DNA of 64,000 bases from Antedon mediterranea (lineage: Eukaryota > Animalia > Echinodermata): positions 11,701,432 through 11,765,431 of the forward strand of contig NC_092679.1 in NCBI RefSeq assembly GCF_964355755.1. Direction: 5' to 3'. Numbering within the stretch: position 1 is the stretch's first letter; each line of letters begins with the position of its first letter. The notes under the pieces were generated by a model. It was not told the origin of the DNA. It searched no databases and saw nothing but the letters and a program-made list of their open reading frames with translations. Position numbers and translations under genes: made by a program. Below are positions 1 to 11,304 of this stretch, in pieces.

Positions 1-249
1 GCAGCCGGTAGCCCATTCCACATACGAATAAATCGATTTGGAATAGGCCTACAATATTTGTTTGCTGTCGGTTTGAGATATTAGATGTTTGAAAGTTAAA
101 ACATTCATTCAATGCCTGCTATCAATAATCAGCGTATTTAAAATCAAACAGTTTTGTGTAGCTTTTATAAAATATTTAAAACAAAAATAAAAGTGAAATA
201 ATTGCTTTTATTGATTCAATAGTGTATAATTTAAGTGCAAGTAATCTGT

Positions 250-600
250 TTGCATAAGACTGTTCCAAAATTCGCTGGTGAAGTAAATCTGCTAGCTCTT
301 CTTTGAATCTTCTCTATCTTATCTATCTGACATTGTCGGTAAGGATACCAGAGATTGGAGAACAGTATTGGACATGAGGCAAAACAAGAGATTTAAAGTT
401 GCAGCAGGACTGAAGTAGAACATCCGGTTGCAATGGAATAAAACCCAGCATCTTATTGCATTTTAATGTAACCTTGTGCACTTAATGTGACCAAGACAAA
501 TCATGAGATATTACAACTCCAAGTAAAGTAAAATCCTTAACATCTGAAAGCAAATTTCAATCAAGTAAATATGTTGGAGTAGAAGGAACGTCTTGCCTTC
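250..600 (-). pseudogene. Degenerate CR1/L2-group LINE ORF2 C-terminal fragment
   Basis: Minus-strand reading gives LGVVISHDLSWSH*VHKVTLKCNKMLGFI and SLVLPHVQYCSP, typical post-RT motifs, with stops and frameshifts. Confidence 0.6.
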
Positions 601-619
601 TCGACAATGTTAGCACTTG

Positions 620-920
620 GCCATCACTTCTCCTCGTAAGCGCCCACCTCTTTTAACAAGCACCATAACCCCTTTATTTGTTTTAGTGACCACCTCTACG
701 TTAAAGAAGCACCTCTCGTAAGACCATCTTCTAAAGGATCACCTCAGTCGCTTTTAGAGTGGTTGTCGATTATGAAGCGGTCCGTTATGAGAGGAGGCGG
801 TCATTTACTAGATGTGGTCCCCGAGAGGTGTCGTCGTTTATAGGTAATCGATTATAAGAAGTGGTCCGTTTAAGGGAGGTGGCCGCTTTTGAAAGTCGGT
901 CACTTTCGAGAGGTGGATGT
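620..920. repeat. Degenerate MITE-like foldback of short subunits
   Basis: Left half repeats (g)accacctct-like words; right half repeats the complement gaggtgg(t)c. Confidence 0.4.
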
Positions 921-1051
921 AAGATTTGCACATGATTACACTATAAAATATACTACTGTATAGGCCTAACATTCTACATTTGCTGGTAATCTATATCATA
1001 AACATTATCTTGGGGAAATTTCCGTTAACTACATTTTAGCCGTTGACTGTT

Positions 1052-3400
1052 CGGGATCCAGTCAAGTCGCCCCATCGCAAAGTCGCCCCATACAAAGTCG
1101 CCCCTTACACAGTCGCCCCATCGCAAAGTCGCCCCAAAACAAAGTCGCCCCGGCACAGTCGCCCCATCGCAAAGTCGCCCCATTACAAAGTCGCCCCATC
1201 GCAAAGTCGCCCCATCGCAAAGTCGCCCCAACGCAAAGTCGCCCCATTGCAAAGTCGCCCCAAAACGTTAAAAAATAGTTTACAAGTGCGTAAAATGTTG
1301 CAATGATACACAAAATAACACAGAACGTGTAGGCATAGGGGAAGCCCCGCCATGTAGTCTCAGGTCACACGATCGGCACGCACCCCCATCAGAGAGGAAG
1401 CCCCCGACTAATCACTCCGCGGTCGCACTCCGCGGTCGCACTAACGTGCTAGCTCACCATGAGAGGGAAACCCCCGTAATTACTCCGCCGTTGCCGTTGT
1501 CGCGCTCTACAACGCACCATCTGAAGATGGGGAAACCCCGCCGGAGTTTTTATCGGTTTTAATCATATTGGGTGCGTTTGATATCGATTGCGTTGTTACT
1601 TTGGTCGCGCTAAATGTCGTATACATTATAATGTTTATCCTATTATATACATAATTTGTGTTTAAATTTTTATTTTACAGGTTTTAATGGAGTGATGTGC
1701 TTTTTAAAAATCATTTAAAAAAATAGTCCCTAAAAAGATTATCCCTGATTTATAGTTTCGAAAATGTTAATTTAATATGATTTTAAAATTAGTTACCACA
1801 GCCACAATTACGAATCTTTCTTCAACCTACGCGTGGATACCAGCTAATTTTTTAGGATAATATAATAAATGTATAAATGTGTAGTAGGCCTTCGTATAGA
1901 TTTACAGTAGTTAAAACAATAACAGTGTTGTAAGACAATAAGTGTTATAGGCTACTTATTGATCATTTTGCATTTATTGACAAGTTATGTGTCTTAATTT
2001 TATAATGACTTTTCAAAATGAAGAAAAAAAAGGGGATTTCATCGCCGATGTGATTGTTTTACATGCAGGTATTAGTAAAATTAAAACGCGACATTTTGAC
2101 CATGGAAAAACCATCGTACAGTATCGTGTGCGTGTTTTTTAAAAAGGGGAATCCCCGACGGTCAGCAGAAAGACGTAGCAGCTGTGAGGAAACAGATACC
2201 AGAAGGCGCAGCTCCGATTGGATTCAGAGAATGTTTCAGATGGCGAGTCGCCTTTTATTCAACAGCACAATGATCATTTTACTGAAGAAATTCTTTTCAA
2301 TCCTTTTGGTTATAGAACATTCTAATTATAATGCCTAATAAATATCCTCTTATATCGGGTGTTTATTTAATTTTAAATTAAACAAGACAGTGAAGAGGCA
2401 CGGAATAATACGTACACGGACGTACGACAAATACACACACGCACGTTATCATTTACGACATATAGTGGTGATATGATCCAATTTTATAATGGATATAATG
2501 ATGGGATTGCCTTTCCAGGAGTCTTACAATCAATGTTCACTGTAATACTATGTATATAATAGTAAACTGAATGTTTATAAATAAATTGTTTTACGTAATT
2601 TGTTGCATATAAAATAAAAGACACAGACGTAGCCTACGTTTCCTATAAAATATTTCACATTTAAATAAGTACGTATGTACTGTTAAATGACATTATGCTG
2701 GATAATACTATATCTTAAACTATGTTTACAAATTGTCATTTTTTAAGCCACACATCTTTCTCATAATACTGACCTGTAAAATAAAATAAAAAATCAATTA
2801 TTAATATAGGCCTAATAATAATAATAAATATTCATCGACCAAAGTAAAAATAATCTAGATCGTATAACATCATTTTATCGCGACCGATTTCGAACGCGAC
2901 TGATATCATCGTAAAACTCCGGCGGGGTTTCCCCATCTTCAGATGGTGCGTTGTAGAGTGCGACAACGGCAACGGCGGAGTAATTACGGGGGTTTCCCTC
3001 TGGTAAGCTAGCACGTTAGAGTGTGCGACCGCGGAGTGCGGGGCTTCCTCTCTGATATGGGGGTGCGTGCCGATCGTGTGACCACCTGAGACTACATGGC
3101 GGGGCTTCCCCTTTTATGCCTACACGTTCTGTGTTATTTTGTGTATCATTGCAACATTTTACGCACTTGTAAACTATTTTTTAACGTTTTGGGGCGACTT
3201 TGCGATAGGGCGACTTTGTGATGGGGCGACTTTGCGATGGAGCGACTTTGCGTTGGGGCGACTTTGCGATGGGGCGACTTTGCGATAGGGCGACTATGTC
3301 GGGGCGACTTTGTTTTGGGGCGACTTTGCGATGGGGCGACTGTGTAAGGGGCGACTTTGTATGGGGCGACTTTGCGATGGGGCGACTTGACTAGCATCCG
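1052..3400. mobile_element. Non-autonomous foldback DNA transposon with ~500-bp TIRs and 6-bp TSD (unclassified)
   Basis: TSD ACTGTT at 1046-1051 and 3401-3406; termini CGGGATCCAGTCAAGTCGCCCC / GGGGCGACTTGACTAGCATCCG; arms about 1052-1550 vs 2912-3400; about 13 subterminal ~16-bp AAAGTCGCCCC-core repeats per end. Confidence 0.9.
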
Positions 3401-3671
3401 ACTGTTCTACATTACTGATGTTGATTTTACTACATAAGCTGTTGGTGTTTCTACATTTGCTGGCCATACTATAATCCGAATTACCTTGAGGAAATTTCCG
3501 TAACTATAACTGTACTTAGCCGTTGACTGTTCTACATAGTAAGTTTGTACAGGCCCTCTAGAACGTTGTTCTAGGAAGGAAGAGAATTATATGATACCCC
3601 ATTTTGGCTACCATCTAATACCCGATTATTCTGAAACCTTATGCAGGTTTAAGCTGCAGTACATCAACACA

Positions 3672-3703
3672 TTCAACGTAAGCTAAGTATGTTTTAGATC
3701 AAT
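3672..3703 (+). other. Candidate 3' end/donor of non-coding first exon of methyltransferase paralog 1
   Basis: TTCAAC(G/A)TAAGCTAA|GTATGTTTTAGATCAAT is shared with 17813-17844; both paralog ATGs sit 1 nt after a splice acceptor, implying an upstream exon. Confidence 0.45.
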
Positions 3704-5084
3704 GATATAGCATTCCGTGACACACTAGGTAATTCAGTAATTGTACATTCGTATTCAATAGAACATTTGAAGGATTGCTACTGAGGTAATTGTTGTTCGG
3801 GTGATTCAGCGGTGTGTACAACGGCAACGGCTGCTGACCGATCGCCCTGGTAAACAATGCCTCGTCTGTTATTTTGTTCGATATTTATTATGATAAATAC
3901 ATGAGGAGTAGGCCTACATAAAGAAAAATTCCGACTCATAGATAGCTGGCCTACTTGCCTTAGTGATTAATAGTGGTACGTTCACATAGCTCCATGTTCA
4001 CATCTATAGATATATATTTATTTGTTCGATTGTAGGTCTAGCCTGTGTGTGTGAAGGTCATTTAGGCCTAGCCTAGAGTTGTTTTGATCCTTAAGGATCG
4101 TTAAGCAGTATACTAGTATACGAAAGAAGAAGAAGAAGGTTAAAATACATAACACCTCGTACGATTGATATGTAAATATGATCTGCCACTGCTACCCTTA
4201 AGTCTTACCCTTCCCTCATTAAATATAAAAGTGAACGCTGTTCATAATTTTTAGTTAAAAATGCCTCCGGAAAATGGTACCGTATAGGCCATGCGTAGGG
4301 GTAATGAAATATGAAAAATCAGCTCTGTTTTTCAAAATTTTCTTATTAGTAGAGTAGAAATAAGGTTTCACCTCAAAAAAATTGCAACAAAAGGTATTTC
4401 AACGGATTTTGGTAGTATTAGGTGTACTAAACAACAGAAAAAAAGTCTCAAGAATTTCGACCCCCGGAAAGTGGTTTTTTTCAAGATGGCCGCCAAAATA
4501 GATAAAAAGTGAAAATGGCCATACCTCCTAAACTACTTGGTCTATTGATATAATTTTGGTACCAACATACTCAGAACATACATATTTATATTCGCTATAA
4601 TAGAACATTTTGGCCAAAATTAACCGGAAATACCATTTCTGACAATTTGACCTTTGACCTTGATATGTTGTATCTTGGTAACCACTGACCGTAGGGAAAC
4701 AAATGATGGCTCAAATTGTTCAGAATGTACATATTTACATTTATTGTAATGAGACATTTTGTCAAAAAATGGTTAGAAGTAAAGGTTATTGACCTTTAAC
4801 CTTTATCTATGTAGAATTTCCATATCTCGGCAACTATGTGTGGTAGAGATTTAAAATTGGGCTTTAAATACTGAGAATATACTTATTTATATTTACTCTA
4901 ATGAAACAGTTTGACAGAAAATGACCAGAAACGACATGTTTGACCATTGACCTTGATATGCTATATTTCGATAATGACTGACTGAGATACACCATTTATG
5001 GCTCAATTTGTTCAGAATATAATTATAACTTTTAAATTTCTAATTACGGTATAGCAGCAATTGATTAGATATTGTGCATGTATT

Positions 5085-6280
5085 TAGTACGGCATCTTAA
5101 ACAACTATTCCAACTTCGTCTTCATCATCGTCATCAATCTTTCTATCTACGTTGTCCCATTCTTCTAGTTGACACACTCCACAAACTGAAGTACATGCCA
5201 ATCCATAGCGTCTACAACTGCAACATACATCCAGTAGTTACAAAGGATGATTTTCAAAGTTCTTCTGGAGCAGCAGTTTCCATTGTCATTATTGGCACAA
5301 ATGTTTTATTACAAACTTTCCATCCCCACTTGGTAGCATCCATGGTATTATCTTTCTATAGCCATTGCATGATTTGACTGACATTCTGTAGCAGATGACG
5401 TTGGTGGTAGTTGTTGAGGCTAGGTTTGATAAATGATTTACCCTCAACAACTTTTTTATTAAATAGCTTGCATCTGTAGCTATTCAGGGAATCCAGTGAC
5501 TTCGCTCCAAAAAGAATAGACATGTCCTTCAGTCCAAACTCCTCGATAGTTTAAAGTTTCTGATGCGGTTGAGTGAAAATATCGGCACACATGTCATATT
5601 CTGGGTTACTTTCAATCAATTTATTAAATGCCGCTTTCTTGCCGATTCCGAAAATCCTAGACGTCGAATCACAACCAGTGAATGCATGCACTATGGGTAA
5701 TGCATTTCACATTTTATATCCTAAAACAGATTTCAATCTGGTTACATTAATCACTCTGGTAGGCCCATCTTTTCCTTTGTCTAATCTGAAGTACACTTCT
5801 TGGTTTGTTGTATTTACATGATACAGTAAAAGTACCAGTAAGTCCGTGTCTTCTCCAATCAAAGTTACTGTATTATGTTCAGAGACTTCAACTGTTGCCA
5901 GAGCAATGTCAACATCGGCATTGTTTTGTTTTGTTTTTTTAAACCATATTTAATGAGGGTGATCCACGCAGCTATTGCTGATCATTAGGGACCCTCAGAG
6001 GTTCACAAGACAAACATATACACAAGATGCTCTACAAAACAAAGTCTTATTACAAGTCTTTGGGAGTGGAGTAATTTGGTCGTTAGAAAAAATCCTGACA
6101 TGTGACGGGACTTGAACTCAGGACCATTGGAGTGGTAGCCAAGCATCATAACCATAACTCGTTGGCTGCATGTCGTACAGGACATTCTTTTTTCTGTAGC
6201 TCATATGAAAGCATGTTGATAAATTTGTGTTTGTTCTCATGCCTTGACAGGAATTCTTCTTTCTTTCCATCAAATTCAGT
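5085..6280 (-). pseudogene. Academ transposase C-terminal remnant (left arm), interrupted by a SINE
   Basis: KKEEFLSRHENKHKFINMLS...HA[SINE]ADVDIALA...IGEDTDLLVLLLYH...HAFTGCDSTSRIFGIGK...LPPTSSA followed by a Cys-rich, acidic tail. Confidence 0.75.
5921..6168 (-). mobile_element. tRNA-derived SINE with L2-like 3' stem-loop tail
   Basis: Minus-strand head with degenerate A box and B box GAGTTCAAGTCC; tail GGGTCCC...CAGC...GCTG...CACCCTC followed by an A-rich run resembles the L2 3' end at 42100-42165; splits the Academ reading frame. Confidence 0.6.
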
Positions 6281-6282
6281 TA

Positions 6283-6950
6283 GGACAAATCTCTCTAGAC
6301 GATGTAATGAAATATGAACTAAGTCCGTTTCCACCCTCACTCTTCGAAGCCAAAGACATCTTTAGGAAGGCAAATAAACCAATAAATTGATAGAAAGTAA
6401 CCTAGAATATGACACTGATGTGTGCCGATATTTTCACTCAACCGCATCAGAAACTTCAAACTATCGAGGAGTTTGGATTAAAGGCCATGTCTTTTCTTTT
6501 TGGAGCCAAGTCACTGGATTTCCTTAATAGCTACAGATGCAAGCTGTTTAATAAGAAAGTTGCTGAGGGTAAATAATTTATCAAACCTCAACAACTACTA
6601 CCACCAACCTCATCTGCTACAAAATGTCACAGTCTTAGAGTATACTATCAAATCATGCAATGGATAAAGAAAGATAATACCATGGATGCTGCCAAGTCGG
6701 GGAAGTTTTTAATAAAACATTTGTGCCAATAATGACGATTGAAACTGCTGCTTCAGAAGAACTTTTGAAAATCATCCATTGTAACTGTACTACTGGATGT
6801 AAAACTGTATGTTGCAGTTGTAGATGATATGGATTGGCATGTGCTTCAGTTTGTTGAGTGAGTCAACTAGAAGAATGGAACAACGTAGATAGAGAGATTG
6901 ATGACGATGATGAAGACGAAGTTGGAACAGTTGTTTAGGATGCCGTACTA
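6283..6950 (+). pseudogene. Academ transposase remnant (right arm, internally deleted)
   Basis: LDDVMKYELSPFPPSLF...RKANK, then LPPTSSATKCHSLRVYYQIMQW and LLKIIHCNCTTGCKTVCCSCR...DDDDEDE. Confidence 0.75.
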
Positions 6951-8817
6951 AATACATGCACAATGTCCAATCAACTGCTGCTATACCGTAATTAGAAATT
7001 TAAAATTATTATTATATTCGTTTTTGTTTACTTTTCCGGTTTTTTATTCACTATTATTATTAAGAATGTATACAGTATGTTCTGAACAATTTGAACTTGA
7101 ACTCATATTCTAAATATAATATAATAAATGTAAAATATTACAGTTACTTGATTCCCAGGTAATTCCATGGGTAGATTAGACCATTACGAAATAAAAATAA
7201 TTATATTCTGAACAAATTGAGCCATAAATAGTGTATCTCAGTCAGTCATTATGGAAATATAGCATGTCAAGGTCAATGGTAAAAAAAATGTCGTTTCTGG
7301 TCATTTTTTTGTCAAACTGTTTCATTAGAGTAAATATAAATAAGTATATTCTCAGTATTTAGAGCCCAATTTAAAATCTCTACCACACATAGTTGCCGAG
7401 ATATGGAAATTCTACATAGATAAAGGTTAAAGGTCAATAACCTTTACTTCCAACCATTTTTTGACAAAATGTCTCATTACAATAAATGTAAATATGTACA
7501 TTCTGAACAATTTGAGCCATCATTTGTTTCCCTACGGTCAGTTATTACCAAGATACAACATATCAAGGTCAGAGGTCAAATTGTCAGAAATGGTATTTCC
7601 GGTCAATTTTGGCCAAAATGTTCTATTATAGCGAATATAAATATGCATGTTCTGAGTATGTTGGTACCAAAATTATATCAATAGACCAAGTAGTTTAGGA
7701 GGTATGGTCATTTTCACTTTTTATCTATTTTGGCGGCCATCTTGAAAAAAACCACTTTCCGGGGGTCGAAATTCTTGAGACTTTTTTTCTGTTGTTTAGT
7801 ACACCTAATACTACCAAAATCCGTTGAAAAACCTTTTGTTGCAATTTTTTTGAGGTTGGCCCCTTTTTTTCATTAGTTCTACTCTACTATATAGCTTAAC
7901 CCCAACCATGGGAAAATGTGCCGTGAAATGTGCAAAAAGTCACATCTGTACAAACATGGCACCCTCAAATGTGCAAATCTGTAAAAATGTATAATCCATT
8001 AATGTGCAGACATACCGCCGTCAGTTTTGACGTCAAATGTGCAAATAAAATTCTACAAAATAAAATGTCCAAATCATTTTTTTCAACCAAAATCGTTTAT
8101 TAAAAATGATAGCCTTAATTCAAATGTGCAAAAAACTACATTGTGCAAACATGGCACCCTCAAATCAATGTGCAAACCTGTAAAAAGGTATAATCAGTTA
8201 AATATAAAAATAATCAATCTTGACGTTAAATGTGCAAACGAAATTCTACAAGATTCAGAATACGGTCATCGGGCCCTAGGATATCATGGGTCACATCCCC
8301 TTCTGAGACTTCAGCTGTAAGCTAACAACTTATGTTACTTACCAGCAATAATAGTAATAATAGCTTTGATTGATTAATAATTCTATAATAAAATATGATT
8401 ATATCAACGTAAGATGAAGCGGCTGACTTGCATGGACGACTTACTACCGTATTGAACTTAACTGTAGGCTTATGTCCGGAATCCCCATAAGGCTAAAGCT
8501 AATGGGCGTAAGGCTAATCACCTTGCACCTGACAGCTGTTGCAACAAGCTGGAAGGGCATGTCAGTCTACGAAGTGTAGATCCTGACCAGTTGCTGCGCC
8601 CGTGACTATCCCCTATACGTCAGACAGCTAGACATACTGAATGTAAATGGAGGATACAGCACTTCCATGCGCGACAATTCCATGCCCAGACCGGAATATA
8701 AGAGCAATTATATTATGTTGGACCTCCTCTGTCTGTCTGTGCCACATTCTGATAAGTTAGTTATCACATCGTTACATAATCACGGAATAGGGAAGAAAAA
8801 ACGTTCCTGTTGACCCT

Positions 8818-9450
8818 CTGTGCGGAGAGACAACTGGTATTACTAACACATTGTACAACCTGGAGTCATCTCCGTTGGCAACAAGTAGATTTTGTCATCA
8901 TCAGACAACGCGATTTTCATGTCAACCATCAACTTGCCATTCAGACTAGCATACGTTAAAATATTAACATACTTTAAAATTTAAACGCCAAAAATGATTA
9001 TACCATCCTATGACAAAGTAAATGTTTAGAGTTATGAATTGTCTAATCTAATTTTTAACATGATGATGTCATCAAAATGAAACATGAAGGTAACAATTTC
9101 AAAGCATAATTATCTGAATAATTACATTCTTAAAAAGTAAGATGCGCGCTCTTTTAAACGCGACAAACATTTACGAACTGTGCGGAGAGACAACTGATAA
9201 TTACTAACACATTGTACAACCTGGAGTCATCTCCGTTGGCAACAAGTAGATTTTGTCATCATCATCAGACAACGCGATTTTCATGTCAAGCATCAAATTG
9301 CCATTCAGACTAGAATACGTTAAAATTTGAACGCCAAAAATGATTATACCATCCTATGAAGGTAACAATTTTAAAGCATAATTATCTGAATAATTACATT
9401 CTTAAAAAAGTAAGATGCGCGCTCTTTTAAACTCGACAAACATTTACGAA
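8818..9450 (+). repeat. Tandem duplication (~360-bp unit; second copy internally deleted)
   Basis: CTGTGCGGAGAGACAACTG...GGCAACAAGTAGATTTTGTCATCATC starts at 8818 and again at 9178. Confidence 0.85.
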
Positions 9451-10599
9451 CGAGATAAAAAATCCGACTTGTTTAATTCAAATGGCCATATGATGACATC
9501 AGATAGACAAATCTGTATATGAATTTATATCTACAAATCAGCTTCCACAATAAGTTTAAATCACGTGGATCACTTTTCATTCCGAGGAGCTATAACATGT
9601 TAAAATATAACGTATCGATGAAATTAAGTAACTCACGTTATTCTAATTTGTTATATGATGGCGTAATAAAAATTGAAAGTGTTTTAACTCATGTGAAAGA
9701 AAATTGATTTAGCAAAAAAATATTAAAATCTAGGAGAAAATGGGGAACGCAGTAGCGCAATGCGCTCTTCTCAAATGGAATTACTTAGTACAAAAGAGAA
9801 AAAAAATCTAATTTTAAAATTCACGTGGCCATATGGTAACGTCATCCTGTAGGTACAAATTGTACATGACTTGATATCTACAACTCATTAGTTTCATAAT
9901 ACATTTTAAAAAATGAGGTAACCGGCCATCCTGAGAAGCTATAACTGATAAGAAATAGGTATATTTTCGCACAAATTTGCAGTAAATTACCTTAGCACAC
10001 GATTATTAAAGCTTAACGTGCACATGCGTTGTTATTTTGCAATTAAAGTTCATTAAACAAAATGAAATCTACTACAGAAGGTATGAAAAACAAAATTCAA
10101 TTGCAAAAAACATTTTTGTACGAGCTGTGCGCACAAGTGCGTGCGCAAAACGCCAAAAATATAGAAAACTTGAAAATGCTCAAAATGACCTAAAATGTAC
10201 GCGAAAGTGATTAGAAATTAATTTTCCGAATTTTGAAGTACGTAATCGCGTAATTTTTTTCCGTAGCATGCTATTTTTTTGCTTTATATTATGAAATACA
10301 CTTTTGTTAAGTTTTTGTTCAGAATTTATGATAACCATAACATTTCATAAAATTGCGCGTAACTTACGCTGCGTGACTCTAAAGTCATATAACGAAAAAC
10401 AAAATTCTTGGAAAGAAAGGAGAATAAGATAGAAAAAAGATCCTGACAATAACAAGGGGTTATCCGCCAAGATAAGAGATATGGCAATGCCTTAAAATGT
10501 GGGTCAAATGTTAATGGTACTTACGGTAATTTTCTTTCATAAATACTTCATTAGAGTAAATAGGAATGTTTTGCCTGGCGCCCATCAAAAATTGAATTC

Positions 10600-10683
10600 G
10601 TATAGGGTGAGGGGTAACCTGTACACCAAATTTGATGCTTTCGGAAGAAACTGAACACCCTTATTTAAAGACAGACTCCACTA
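10600..10683. mobile_element. Orphan Academ-like terminal sequence
   Basis: CCAAATTTGATGCTTT...CTCCACTA resembles the ends of the element at 25527-29219 (CCAAATTTGGTGCTTT...CTA); no partner end found. Confidence 0.4.
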
Positions 10684-11304
10684 AAACTAAAATGTACAGT
10701 TACAAACTTTAGACGAAATACAAACTAAATACTGTAATTGTTTTTAGACTTGTTAGTCACCAGTTTTATTTTTAATAGGAACACTTTAATAGAGTAACTC
10801 TAGTCATAGAATGTTGCAAAACAACCATGTCGAATCATAGCATTCAAACATAACAACAAAATAATATACACTTTAGAGCTAGCAAAAATAAAAGTCAAAT
10901 CCCGCAGATTTTGTACGTTACGTTTAAGGTTAAAAAATTCTTTTTATCTTAACATCATCAACGAAAATGAGGATGATGATCAACATAATGCTTATTATAA
11001 TTTATAAATTCAGATTCAACAGAGTTTTTATATTAATCATTTTTAACACAGTTCAATAACTTTCTATTAAAAGTAACATTAACATTGGTCAATAGAAAAA
11101 TATCTGTAATCTGGAAAAGTAATATTTGTTCAATAAAAAAACATGTTAGAACTTTAAAATAATACATTAAATTAGATTGCTGTATATAAGGAGTCAAAAT
11201 GAATGTCGAAATGTCTGGTCGGTGAAATGTTCGGTCCGCGATAAGTCTGTCGAGACGAAGTGACGTTCCGTTGTAACCTTAATTTTATTTATGTTCTTTG
11301 TAGG

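Larger units (their letters stand above)
4347..7889. mobile_element. Academ DNA transposon, non-autonomous palindromic derivative
   Basis: Termini TAGTAGAGTAGAA...TTCTACTCTACTA; 3-bp TSD TAT (4344-4346, 7890-7892); inverted arms over 1 kb; transposase C-terminal motifs on both strands. Confidence 0.88.

Noticed and set aside
1025-1313. Repetitive ORFs (WGDFAMGRL / KSPHRKVAP) and CRISPR-like spacing; also 3146-3397
   Set aside because: These are translations of subterminal 16-mer repeats; spacers are only about 5 nt, there are no cas genes and the context is eukaryotic.
2054-2338. 94-aa ORF in the centre of the foldback element
   Set aside because: No recognisable motif and a non-ATG start.
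8400-8815. GC-richer stretch with GGGCGTAAGGCTAATCACC, reminiscent of an RTE 5' UTR
   Set aside because: No following ORF and no ribozyme fold I could confirm.
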